Source: a virus (taxonomy: Duplodnaviria; Caudoviricetes). Taken from it: a stretch of 64,000 nt of DNA. The translations under genes were made by a program, and so were the position numbers. Under the pieces are notes generated by a model. That model searched no databases. It worked only from the letters and a program-made list of their open reading frames with translations, and was not told where the DNA came from. Position 1 is the first letter of the stretch, and each line of letters begins with the position of its first letter. Positions 36,976 to 45,941 of the stretch are shown piece by piece. The stretch lies in IMG/VR virus record IMGVR_UViG_3300042554_001750. One strand, 5' to 3'.

Positions 36976-37615
36976 GTTTATTCTCATAATTAAAAGAGTT
37001 ATTATCACCTAAAAACCATTTAGGATTGGTTTCAACAACATACTTTTTAGTACAAACCTTAAAATCAGGGAATAATAGTTCTTTAGGATTGCTAGCAGCA
37101 TCAAAAAATATACATCTATTATTTGGTTGTGCAGCGTACTGTCCATTATCTAGTTCAATAAAATTGAAACTTTTATGATCCTCAGGCCATTCAGCATAAC
37201 TAGTATCAATAATGTTCAAATCAGGAGCACTATGATCTACGGTAAAAAGATAATTGCCCTGATAGAAATTTTTATCTTTGGCATAAAATTTACAACTCAA
37301 ATTTCTTAGAAATGCCTTTTGCATGATTGTAAAATCATAACTAAAACAATCCCAAATTTGCAATGTATCAAGGCTTAAAAATTTGGCAGGATCTAAATCT
37401 TTATTTCTACTTACAAAAGCATGAAGTGGCAACTTATCGTATAGAGCACCATATCTTGGTAGATAAGCCTCTATACGAAAAGCCTGGCTGCGTAAACTTT
37501 TGATACTCACCCAAATACAAGGTTCATACTCATCATGACCTTTTGTAAAGTCATATAAGAATTCTCTGCGTACAAAACAATGTACTGGTGGTATGTTTGC
37601 GACTAAGTGTGCCAT
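36968..37615 (-). CDS. conserved hypothetical protein
   Basis: MAHLVANIPP..LYDKLP..QIWDCF..AAQPNNR. Confidence 0.75.
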   Translation of the reverse strand: MAHLVANIPPVHCFVRREFLYDFTKGHDEYEPCIWVSIKSLRSQAFRIEAYLPRYGALYDKLPLHAFVSRNKDLDPAKFLSLDTLQIWDCFSYDFTIMQKAFLRNLSCKFYAKDKNFYQGNYLFTVDHSAPDLNIIDTSYAEWPEDHKSFNFIELDNGQYAAQPNNRCIFFDAASNPKELLFPDFKVCTKKYVVETNPKWFLGDNNSFNYENKHE

Positions 37616-38116
37616 TTAATTGAATAAGTCCTCGTTCCATTCACGGTGACCTTCACGAAAGGCCATGTTTGCTTGTGTCTCTCTAACTTCTACACGGTAG
37701 CACCATAGGCGTTCGCTTTCTCCCGGTCCCCACATGTCAGGAATGTAGACACCATTAACATACTTGTAAAGCATGTCGGCTAGACCTTCACAGCCTAAGC
37801 GTGGAAGTATAGTTAGTTTAGCCATCTTTTTTTCTTGCAACATTTTAAATGTTTCAAGTTCTGGATCATCTTGCGCTACAAGCAATGTATGGTCAAACTG
37901 ATCTTCTAGAATTTTCTTAAGTTCTTTCAATCCACCGTAATCAGCAGCCCAATTGCGAACATCAAGATTATTAGTACCAAAATAAAATTTCATACTAAAA
38001 CTATATCCATGTATCATATTGCAATGACTGTCAGCACGCCATTGACGATACGCACAGGGAAATGCGTCATGGTATTCTTTAGTACTTGTATATTTGTATG
38101 TAATTGGATTATGCAT
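37616..38116 (-). CDS. queD: 6-carboxy-5,6,7,8-tetrahydropterin synthase
   Basis: CAYRQWRADSHC..IHGY, DYGGLK, FDHTL, GCEGLA, VEVRET. Confidence 0.88.
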   Translation of the reverse strand: MHNPITYKYTSTKEYHDAFPCAYRQWRADSHCNMIHGYSFSMKFYFGTNNLDVRNWAADYGGLKELKKILEDQFDHTLLVAQDDPELETFKMLQEKKMAKLTILPRLGCEGLADMLYKYVNGVYIPDMWGPGESERLWCYRVEVRETQANMAFREGHREWNEDLFN

Positions 38117-38196
38117 ATTTTCTCCTATGTTAATTTTAGCATAGGCAGCGGAATTTTTAAAGCGGGACGATGCTGAGACCGCTATACTTATTTACC
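38117..38196 (-). promoter_or_regulatory. structured leader of queD (pseudoknot riboswitch candidate)
   Basis: TAAATA; AGCGG-13 nt loop-CCGCT; TTAAAAA; loop CAGC complementary to GCTG; CCTATG/CATAGG hairpin over SD. Confidence 0.6.
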
Positions 38197-38655
38197 ATTT
38201 TTATTTAGTTCTGTCTCAGCAACTCGTTTACGCAAACTACTTGAACTAAAACTATGATCACGACCGTTGAATACTAATTGTATTCCACGTTTCTCGCAAA
38301 TGGCACGACCAGTAAAATCTTTCTCCATGTACTCAACACCGAGTATACGCACATCAACGGGCAATGTCAAGAGGATATCTTCTAAGTCTTTTTCCGTATT
38401 GTAGACAACTATTTCATCTACAAAGCGGCAAGCACTTAATGTAATTTGGCGCTCTACAATACTTTGTATGGGAGCATTCTTTTCAGGACGATCCCAACTA
38501 GCATTGTTTTGTAATCCACAAATAAGATAGTCACAGTGATTTTTAGCCTCACTTAGCATTGCGACATGTCCGGCATGCAGTAAATCAAATTGGCTAAAAG
38601 TTATACCAATTCGTAAGCCTTGAGCTTTTAATTCTTTAATTCTGTTGAAGATCAT
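38188..38655 (-). CDS. cytidylyltransferase (TagD-like, HxGH)
   Basis: FSQFDLLHAGH, YLICGLQ, IVERQ, RDHSFSSSSLR. Confidence 0.88.
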   Translation of the reverse strand: MIFNRIKELKAQGLRIGITFSQFDLLHAGHVAMLSEAKNHCDYLICGLQNNASWDRPEKNAPIQSIVERQITLSACRFVDEIVVYNTEKDLEDILLTLPVDVRILGVEYMEKDFTGRAICEKRGIQLVFNGRDHSFSSSSLRKRVAETELNKNGK

Positions 38656-38888
38656 TCTTGCAATCTTCTCCACATGATCTTTTGTTCATGTTCTTTTAAG
38701 AATTCATCCTCTCCTGCAAATTCGGGAGAATCTTTTAGTATTGAATCCACTAACCATTTAATTCTATAAAGGTCCTGTTTTAAGTAAAACGCAGTATAAC
38801 CATCGTTATATGAACTGTTAACTTCTACACCGGTCATATAGATTTGATGATGTACGCTAGTGTAGTCCATTGGTTTCTTAAAGCCCAT
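38652..38888 (-). CDS. hypothetical protein
   Basis: ORF track; coupled. Confidence 0.65.
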   Translation of the reverse strand: MGFKKPMDYTSVHHQIYMTGVEVNSSYNDGYTAFYLKQDLYRIKWLVDSILKDSPEFAGEDEFLKEHEQKIMWRRLQE

Positions 38889-39148
38889 TATACTAACTCC
38901 TCTAAGATTCCCAATAACTCAGCACCGATCAAAAAGAATCCTGCTACAAAAAATACACCACCTCCTTGAAGTAGTGCAACACCGGCGACAATTCTAAGAG
39001 CACTCTTTACAAGGCTAACATAAAAATGTCCTTTGCTGGGATCCTTGGGTTGTATATTAATCATAGGTGGATGATGAGGACAGCGTCCTTGTTGAAAATC
39101 ACAATCAGGGCTATAATCTTTTTTACAGATATCGCACTTCATCTGCAA
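38888..39148 (-). CDS. small membrane protein with CxxC
   Basis: CDICK..CQQGRCPHH; HFYVSLVKS..AELLGILEELV. Confidence 0.65.
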   Translation of the reverse strand: MQMKCDICKKDYSPDCDFQQGRCPHHPPMINIQPKDPSKGHFYVSLVKSALRIVAGVALLQGGGVFFVAGFFLIGAELLGILEELV

Positions 39149-39819
39149 CCCTTAGTTGCAATGTTTAAAAACTCTTGTCTAGCAGCAGGATCATTTTTGA
39201 AACCTCCACCGAGACGGCTAGTGACAGTTGAACTACCTGTATCCTCAACACCGCGACTCTTAACACAATAATGCTGTGCGTCAATCATAACCGCAACATC
39301 TTCTGTATCTAAGATAAACTGTAGTGTGTGGAAAATCTGTTCAGTTAACCGTTCTTGAATCTGCGGACGCTTGCTGAAATATTCTACAATCCGATTAATT
39401 TTAGATAGTCCAAGCACTTTATCCTTAGGCACATATGCAACAGTAGCGGTGCCATCAATGATAACAAAATGGTGCTCACAATTGCTTTGTACATTGACGT
39501 TCCTTTCAACGACCATTTCGTTGTACTTCATCTTGTTATCAACTGTAGTACACTTGGGGAATGCTTCATAATCAAGCCCCCAAAAGATTTCGTTTACATA
39601 CATCCGGGCAACACGTTTGGGTGTTTCTGCTAGACTGTCATCAGACAAATCTAATCCAAGCAATTCCATTATTTGCTTGAAATTAGTTTCAATGATTGAA
39701 ATCTTGGCTTTGCGATCAAGATCAACTTCCTTCATAGGAGTTTCAACACCCATTTTAACTAGATGTTCGTGAACTTTTAAACCAAGCTCAGGGTCTGTTT
39801 TTGTTTTATTGTAACTCAT
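39139..39819 (-). CDS. folE: GTP cyclohydrolase I
   Basis: ETPKRVA, SNCEHH, GLSKINR, RPQIQERLT, HYCVKSRG. Confidence 0.97.
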   Translation of the reverse strand: MSYNKTKTDPELGLKVHEHLVKMGVETPMKEVDLDRKAKISIIETNFKQIMELLGLDLSDDSLAETPKRVARMYVNEIFWGLDYEAFPKCTTVDNKMKYNEMVVERNVNVQSNCEHHFVIIDGTATVAYVPKDKVLGLSKINRIVEYFSKRPQIQERLTEQIFHTLQFILDTEDVAVMIDAQHYCVKSRGVEDTGSSTVTSRLGGGFKNDPAARQEFLNIATKGCR

Positions 39820-39881
39820 AGAATCCTTCCTTACGCGGATATGAAATTGGAAAATGTGCTACCGTTGTGTAGCACATTTAT

Positions 39882-40070
39882 TTATGCCTTAGCTTCTTTG
39901 CGGGCGTTTTTTGTTTCGGTAATTTCATTACGGCGAGCCTTGACAGCCTTCGCTAGTTCTGCCAATGCTTTACGGGCACGGGTGCCTGCAGCATTATTAC
40001 CTTTTTCAAACTTTTCATGTTCGGCTAAGTATGCTTCTAAGTGTGTATTAATATCATTGTGTGCGTTCAT
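39882..40070 (-). CDS. histone H1-like Hc1-type small basic protein
   Basis: KFEKGNNAAGTRARKAL.EL..KARR. Confidence 0.7.
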   Translation of the reverse strand: MNAHNDINTHLEAYLAEHEKFEKGNNAAGTRARKALAELAKAVKARRNEITETKNARKEAKA

Positions 40071-40333
40071 TTTGTTTCCTTTACTGTTTTCTTTTTTGTC
40101 TTTTTTACTGCTGTGACAGGAATAGTTGACTCATGTTTTAGTATAGCATTTCTAACTTCACTAAGCAATGCTTCATCATCCCATTCTAATTTAGTAGTAC
40201 CATCTTCGTATGTAGTTACTGTAAGATGTGTGCCCTTAACTACTTTGGGCCATGCTTCGCTATTTTTTGTTTTCTTTTCCTTTATAACACTGGCTGGTGT
40301 TGAATCAGCAGTGGTTTTCTTTTTTGTTGCCAT
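40067..40333 (-). CDS. Lys-rich hypothetical protein
   Basis: ORF track; GAGGAG SD. Confidence 0.65.
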   Translation of the reverse strand: MATKKKTTADSTPASVIKEKKTKNSEAWPKVVKGTHLTVTTYEDGTTKLEWDDEALLSEVRNAILKHESTIPVTAVKKTKKKTVKETK

Positions 40334-40340
40334 TATCTCC

Positions 40341-41375
40341 TCACTTTAAAAATACATCATTAATCTGACGGTTAACACGGATGAATGTGGTGCACTTACT
40401 AAGTTGTTTAAGAGTTGGTGCTCCAACATATGTGCAAGTGCTACGCAAACCTCCGAGTAAATCTAGTACAGTATTTTTTACTGCACCGCGATATTTAACT
40501 TCAACTGTGCGACCCTCACTACTGCGATAATTAGCGACACCTCCGTGATGCTTGTCCATAGCAGTATCACTACTCATGCCATAAAACACTACACGAGGAT
40601 TCTTACCATCTTCACTAATTACTTCGCCTTCGCCTTCATCATGTCCAGATAACATGCCACCCAGCATTACAAAATCAGCGCCAGCTCCGAAGGCTTTAGC
40701 GACATCCCCAGGACAAGTACAACCGCCGTCAGCAATAATGTGTCCACCAAGACCATGAGCAGCGTCCGCGCATTCAATGATTGCTGAAAGTTGTGGATAG
40801 CCAACGCCAGTTTGAATACGAGTAGTACAAACACTCCCAGGGCCAATGCCCACTTTAACAATATCGGCTCCACGTAGAATTAACTCCTGTGTCATGTCAG
40901 CCGTTACTACATTGCCTGCTATGATAGTATGCTTGGGATACAATCTACGAACATCAGCTACAAAATCACCAAAATGTTCGCTATACCCATTTGCAATATC
41001 AATACAAATAAAATGTATTGCAGGATTATCTTCTAGTATGGCTACTAATCTATTTAAGTCTTTTTCGCTAGTTCCAGTGCTTACGGCAAAATAATTGCCA
41101 CCGATATTATCAGTTAATTTAGGAAATTCATCACGACCTAGTGACTTTACTAGACAAGTAAACATCCTATGTTCGTAAAGTGCTACAGCCATAGAAGGAG
41201 TTCCTACACCATCCATGTTAGCTGCCATGACAGGGACTCCAGTCCATTCCCACCCACTATGCTTAAACTGGTATGTGCGAGTTAAATCAACTTCTTTACG
41301 GCTTGCTAGAGTACTACGCTTAGGACGAATCAATACATCCTTGAAATCTAGCTTAATATCATCTTCAATACGCAT
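40341..41375 (-). CDS. guaC: GMP reductase
   Basis: [46 protein letters not shown]. Confidence 0.96.
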   Translation of the reverse strand: MRIEDDIKLDFKDVLIRPKRSTLASRKEVDLTRTYQFKHSGWEWTGVPVMAANMDGVGTPSMAVALYEHRMFTCLVKSLGRDEFPKLTDNIGGNYFAVSTGTSEKDLNRLVAILEDNPAIHFICIDIANGYSEHFGDFVADVRRLYPKHTIIAGNVVTADMTQELILRGADIVKVGIGPGSVCTTRIQTGVGYPQLSAIIECADAAHGLGGHIIADGGCTCPGDVAKAFGAGADFVMLGGMLSGHDEGEGEVISEDGKNPRVVFYGMSSDTAMDKHHGGVANYRSSEGRTVEVKYRGAVKNTVLDLLGGLRSTCTYVGAPTLKQLSKCTTFIRVNRQINDVFLK

Positions 41376-41430
41376 TAACAATTGCCTCTAATAAAAACTA
41401 ACTATACAACAAAACAACTATAAAACAAAA

Positions 41431-41455
41431 GAAAACGGGAATAAATCCCGTTTTC
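41431..41455 (-). terminator. intrinsic terminator after dnaK
   Basis: GAAAACGGGA/TCCCGTTTTC stem followed by T-rich run. Confidence 0.8.
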
Positions 41456-41458
41456 CTT

Positions 41459-43336
41459 TTACTTGACTTCTGTAGTTTCTGCGTCTACTACATTTGGTTC
41501 CGTTTTTTGTTTAGCTTGTTCTGCTTCATACTTTTTACTAGTAATGGGACCAATTGCTTGATACAGTTCGGTAACCTTTTTATTGATTTCCTCAGCATCT
41601 TCACCCTTAAGTGCTTGCTCTAAATTGTCAAGTGCTTCCTTTGCTTTATTACTTTCTTCCTCTGTTACCTGATCTTTAAATTCATTGTAATCACTACGGA
41701 AGTTATTTAAAGCACCTTCACCACTGTTCTTTGCTTGAATCAGTTCAAGTTTCTTCTTATCAGCTTCTGCATTTTCTTCAGCTTCACGAACCATCTTATC
41801 AATTTCAGCTTCAGTTAATCCAGAATTAGACTTGATTGTAATCTTGTTTTCTTTACCTGTGCCTTGATCTTTTGCACTAACATGCATGATACCGTTAGCA
41901 TCAATATCAAGTGTTACTTCAATTTGAGGTACTCCACGCTTGGCTGGGGGAATTCCTTCAAGATTAAATTCACCTAACAATTTATTGTGTTGTACAAATT
42001 CTCTTTCACCTTGATAGACTTTGACAGTAACAGCAGGTTGATTATCATCCGCAGTACTAAACACTTGACTATGCTTGGTAGGAATAGTAGTGTTCTTTTT
42101 GATAAGCTTAGTCATGACACCACCCATAGTTTCAATACCGAGACTTAGAGGTGTAACATCAAGCAATAGAACATCCTTACGGTCACCTGCTAAAACACTA
42201 CCTTGAATAGCTGCACCAGCGGCAACTGCTTCATCAGGATTAACATCCTTGCGAGGTGCCTTAGCAAACAATTTTTCAACTTCTTCTTGAACCTTAGGCA
42301 TGCGAGTCATACCGCCAACAAGAATGACTTCATCAATGTCACTTGCTGTTACATTTGCATCCTTCATCGCAATCTTGCATGGTTCAATAGAACGCTTGAT
42401 TAATTCTTCAACCAAACTTTCTAACTTAGCACGGGTGAGCTTGATGTTCATGTGCTTGGGACCACTTGCATCAGCAGTAATGTATGGAAGATTAACATCA
42501 GTTTGGCTACTGCTGGACAATTCAATCTTGGCCTTTTCAGCAGCTTCTTTCAAACGCTGTAGTGCTAATACATCCTTAGTTAGATCAACACCTTGTTCCT
42601 TTTTAAATTCAGAAACAAGATAGTCCATGATGCGTTGGTCAAAGTCTTCACCACCTAAAAATGTATCACCGTTAGTGGACAGAACTTCAATCTGTTTCTC
42701 ACCATCAATGTTTGCAATCTCAATAATAGAAACGTCAAAGGTACCACCGCCCAAGTCATAGACAGCAACCTTACGGTCTTTCTTATCAGCTTTATCTACA
42801 CCATATGCCAGTGCAGCCGCTGTTGGTTCATTGATGATACGCAATACTTCTAGACCAGCAATGCGTCCGGCATCCTTAGTTGCTTGACGCTGGCTGTCGT
42901 TGAAATATGCAGGGACAGTAATAACTGCTTGAGTGACTTCGTGACCGAGATAATCTTCTGCGGTCTTTTTCATCTTGCGCAAAACTTCGGCTGAAATTTG
43001 CGGAGGTGCAATTTCTTTACCTGAAACACGGACCCATGCGTCACCATTAGTTGCCTCATAGATTTCATATGGCATGAGGTCAATATCTTTTTGAACTGCG
43101 TTTTCTTTAAACTTACGACCAATCAAACGCTTGGCTGCATAGATAGTATTTTTGGGATTTGTTACTGCTTGTCGTTTTGCACTTGCACCAACTAAGATTT
43201 CATCGTTAGTGTATGCAATGATTGATGGGGTTGTACGTGCGCCTTCACTGTTTTCAATAACTTTTGTAGAACCGTTTTCTACAACTGCAACGCACGAATT
43301 GGTTGTACCGAGGTCAATACCTATTACTTTGCTCAT
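41459..43336 (-). CDS. dnaK: Hsp70 chaperone DnaK
   Basis: [54 protein letters not shown] linker. Confidence 0.98.
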   Translation of the reverse strand: MSKVIGIDLGTTNSCVAVVENGSTKVIENSEGARTTPSIIAYTNDEILVGASAKRQAVTNPKNTIYAAKRLIGRKFKENAVQKDIDLMPYEIYEATNGDAWVRVSGKEIAPPQISAEVLRKMKKTAEDYLGHEVTQAVITVPAYFNDSQRQATKDAGRIAGLEVLRIINEPTAAALAYGVDKADKKDRKVAVYDLGGGTFDVSIIEIANIDGEKQIEVLSTNGDTFLGGEDFDQRIMDYLVSEFKKEQGVDLTKDVLALQRLKEAAEKAKIELSSSSQTDVNLPYITADASGPKHMNIKLTRAKLESLVEELIKRSIEPCKIAMKDANVTASDIDEVILVGGMTRMPKVQEEVEKLFAKAPRKDVNPDEAVAAGAAIQGSVLAGDRKDVLLLDVTPLSLGIETMGGVMTKLIKKNTTIPTKHSQVFSTADDNQPAVTVKVYQGEREFVQHNKLLGEFNLEGIPPAKRGVPQIEVTLDIDANGIMHVSAKDQGTGKENKITIKSNSGLTEAEIDKMVREAEENAEADKKKLELIQAKNSGEGALNNFRSDYNEFKDQVTEEESNKAKEALDNLEQALKGEDAEEINKKVTELYQAIGPITSKKYEAEQAKQKTEPNVVDAETTEVK

Positions 43337-43396
43337 ATTTTATCTCCTTTAAAAAAGCAAGAATATCGTAGGACCTGTAAGGCATCCTACGATATT
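43337..43396 (-). promoter_or_regulatory. ROSE-like RNA thermometer in dnaK 5' UTR
   Basis: 12-bp stem AATATCGTAGGA/TCCTACGATATT, then TCTTGCTTT..AAAGGAGA; TATAAATA immediately upstream. Confidence 0.75.
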
Positions 43397-43414
43397 ATTT
43401 ATACCTAAAAATTA

Positions 43415-44590
43415 TTAGAACTTAGATTCTCTAGTGTGTTTACGATAATCCGTAGACATGCGCAAATATTTCTCACCCTTACCCTGAAGGACATCACAAA
43501 TTCTATCAATAGTACCGTCATTATAGTTACTAATTTTACCCATATTGACATGTGGTTTCTTTAGTAGAATTTCTAACTTGTTTATAGCATCTTCTATTGA
43601 CCATGGAACATAGAGGCGTTCATGATCATTAGCAAAAGTTTCTGGGAAACTGCGATAAGCAGGATACAATACATTACAACCAAGAGTATCGGCCTCAGAT
43701 ACTGTGTTTGATACCCAATCTTGTAAAGCACAATTAAACAAAACCCTACTATCATTAAGAATATTATAGTAAGTATTCTTATCTAGATCCTCATAAATTG
43801 ACAGTTTGTTTTCTTCTTCTAATTTACGGGTGCGTTTCATATAACTATCATTATTGCTACGCAACTTGCCGCCGCTACACAAAACAAATTCAACTTCGTT
43901 AGGATGCCTACGATTATATTCTTCAATTAGATCCATAAAGAAATCGGGCTGCTTTTCCTGATCCCAACGCGCGGCAAATACAACACGCATTCTGCGCTTG
44001 TTGAATGGTTTAATTTTACCTTCAACACGTTCTTCAACTTCTTCTTTACCGAATGCTAGCCCTGAAATATTGTATATAGGACTAGTCCATCCAGCAATAC
44101 GCATATGAGCAACCATTTCTTCGTTTGTTGCGAGGACTCCGTCCACAAACTCATTAACCATTTGTTCGTAGAGGCCCATCCATTTCGCCATACCCCATAC
44201 ATGTACGAAATCGTCAGGATCAATGGACTGAGCAAGACACCTAACATAAATGCGGGGACGTAGATTACTAGGGACTTGATCCAGTATGTAAGGTAAACTT
44301 TCCATACCGGGCTGGAACATGTCTTCAAAGTAGATAACATCTTCATTTGTTACTTTTCCCTCTTTCATCAATTTGACAAGGTTCATCATTTGACTCATGG
44401 AGTAGTAGCTACGACCATGAGCATCCAATACCTGACCAGTAACGATTGCCTGATCACTGGTTAGTGTTTCGCCGGATACAATTTCGTATTTGATTTTTCT
44501 TCGTTTGAAAACACGTTCATTCCAATCAGTTAACTGAAGGGTATAACGCGCTTTATAGGGCTCTAGCCCCATGTAAAATAGTTTTCTCAT
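43415..44590 (-). CDS. GT-B glycosyltransferase
   Basis: VFAARWDQEKQPDFF, LQDWVSNTVSEA..GCNVLYP..SFPE. Confidence 0.8.
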   Translation of the reverse strand: MRKLFYMGLEPYKARYTLQLTDWNERVFKRRKIKYEIVSGETLTSDQAIVTGQVLDAHGRSYYSMSQMMNLVKLMKEGKVTNEDVIYFEDMFQPGMESLPYILDQVPSNLRPRIYVRCLAQSIDPDDFVHVWGMAKWMGLYEQMVNEFVDGVLATNEEMVAHMRIAGWTSPIYNISGLAFGKEEVEERVEGKIKPFNKRRMRVVFAARWDQEKQPDFFMDLIEEYNRRHPNEVEFVLCSGGKLRSNNDSYMKRTRKLEEENKLSIYEDLDKNTYYNILNDSRVLFNCALQDWVSNTVSEADTLGCNVLYPAYRSFPETFANDHERLYVPWSIEDAINKLEILLKKPHVNMGKISNYNDGTIDRICDVLQGKGEKYLRMSTDYRKHTRESKF

Positions 44591-44595
44591 ATTGA

Positions 44596-44841
44596 TTAGA
44601 AAAAGTTAATTTTTAACAATTTGCATACTGCATCATATGGATTTGATATCTCAACCCAAACATTAGATTTAATATCATATGTTTTGAATGCATCTACAGT
44701 AACATTCATTTTATCATTATTATATACTGTAGTCATATTGCATTTTCCCTCTAATACAAAATAATGTATATTAGAATCAGTAATGCTTCCTGTTATTGTT
44801 TCATTCTTATCTAGCTCAATTTGATTTATATTGTATGGCAT
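44596..44841 (-). CDS. small AT-rich late protein (cupin-like, tentative)
   Basis: HYFVLEGKC; own TAAATA plus hairpin upstream. Confidence 0.5.
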   Translation of the reverse strand: MPYNINQIELDKNETITGSITDSNIHYFVLEGKCNMTTVYNNDKMNVTVDAFKTYDIKSNVWVEISNPYDAVCKLLKINFF

Positions 44842-44890
44842 ATATTTTATGTAAAGAATGGCAGTTGCCTGCCATTCTATTTATATGCTT

Positions 44891-45106
44891 TTAAACCAAT
44901 TCAGCTTTTCCATCTATTTCCCAGTTGTCCTTGACAGGCTTTCCAGTAATAAATTTTGTATACTGACGGAATACATAACTCTTGTTACTGTATAGGTCAG
45001 ATTCGTCATATTTGTACCCAAACTGAACACAGAAATTAAGATACTTTTCTAGGTCCTCAAAAATCTGATTGACACGAGGATTGGGTTGAATAACGATTTT
45101 TGCCAT
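44891..45106 (-). CDS. hypothetical protein
   Basis: AAGGAG SD. Confidence 0.7.
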   Translation of the reverse strand: MAKIVIQPNPRVNQIFEDLEKYLNFCVQFGYKYDESDLYSNKSYVFRQYTKFITGKPVKDNWEIDGKAELV

Positions 45107-45117
45107 TTATATCTCCT

Positions 45118-45567
45118 TTAGATGGCTAGTTGTTGATAAGGTTGATGTGTTTTATAAGAAATTGTGGCACCGTTCTCACCGTCTTCGGATACGGTAATCT
45201 CAATGTCACGCCCGGGATAACGAGTAGCAATAACTTCATAAAGGTCATCGCTAATCATTTCACAACTCTTGAAATTCAATTCCAATGTGCCTTGGTAGAG
45301 CTTTTCTAGCCAACGCTTGAATTGGATAAACTCAATATCCCTATCGTTGTGAAATACTTGAATGCCTACGTTGAAATGAAAAATATGACGATGGGGAGTT
45401 CCCAAGAAACTTACATCATATTCATCACCAGTGGCAAGATTTGAGTCGGTTGCAGCAGCCGGGTACTTATGAATACCTTCTTTACGAAAGGTCACCCAGA
45501 TCATTCGGCGTGCTCGGTCGCGAATTCTTTCACGCTTTTCAGCCAATGCTTGTTCGTGTTGATTCAT
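45118..45567 (-). CDS. QueD-paralog T-fold protein (DpdL-like, putative CDG decarboxylase)
   Basis: LGTPHRHIF fits LxxxHRHxF; SCEM; VSEDGENG. Confidence 0.7.
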   Translation of the reverse strand: MNQHEQALAEKRERIRDRARRMIWVTFRKEGIHKYPAAATDSNLATGDEYDVSFLGTPHRHIFHFNVGIQVFHNDRDIEFIQFKRWLEKLYQGTLELNFKSCEMISDDLYEVIATRYPGRDIEITVSEDGENGATISYKTHQPYQQLAI

Positions 45568-45776
45568 TCATAACTCCGATTAAGTGTTGCCCACATCAAC
45601 CATTGATGGAAGGCGTTGTAAACTTTTTCTGCTTCTGTTGCATCTTGTTCAATTTTAATTCCGCGCACATAAAAGCCATCTTTTGCTACACGCAACATTT
45701 CAGACTCATTAGAGTGAAACAAGATTGTTGCAGGCTGAATGTCATGATCCAGATTAAAACTTGTAGTGTCGTCCAT
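45564..45776 (-). CDS. hypothetical protein
   Basis: ORF track; coupled. Confidence 0.6.
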   Translation of the reverse strand: MDDTTSFNLDHDIQPATILFHSNESEMLRVAKDGFYVRGIKIEQDATEAEKVYNAFHQWLMWATLNRSYE

Positions 45777-45940
45777 TATTCGTCACCGTAGCCTATACGC
45801 TGATTTTCTTCGTATTGGGCTTTGCGCAAAAGCCGTAATTCGTTTAAAACTTTATCAATTTTTTCTTTGTCTTTATTTTCGGCACTTTCCAAGTGCTTTA
45901 ATTGATTTTCTAAAATTCTAATTTGATTACTATAGTCCAT
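45776..45940 (-). CDS. 54-aa coiled-coil protein (not in ORF track)
   Basis: MDYSNQIRILENQLKHLES..IGYGDE; AGGAGA SD; TAATG coupling. Confidence 0.65.
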   Translation of the reverse strand: MDYSNQIRILENQLKHLESAENKDKEKIDKVLNELRLLRKAQYEENQRIGYGDE

Positions 45941-45941
45941 A

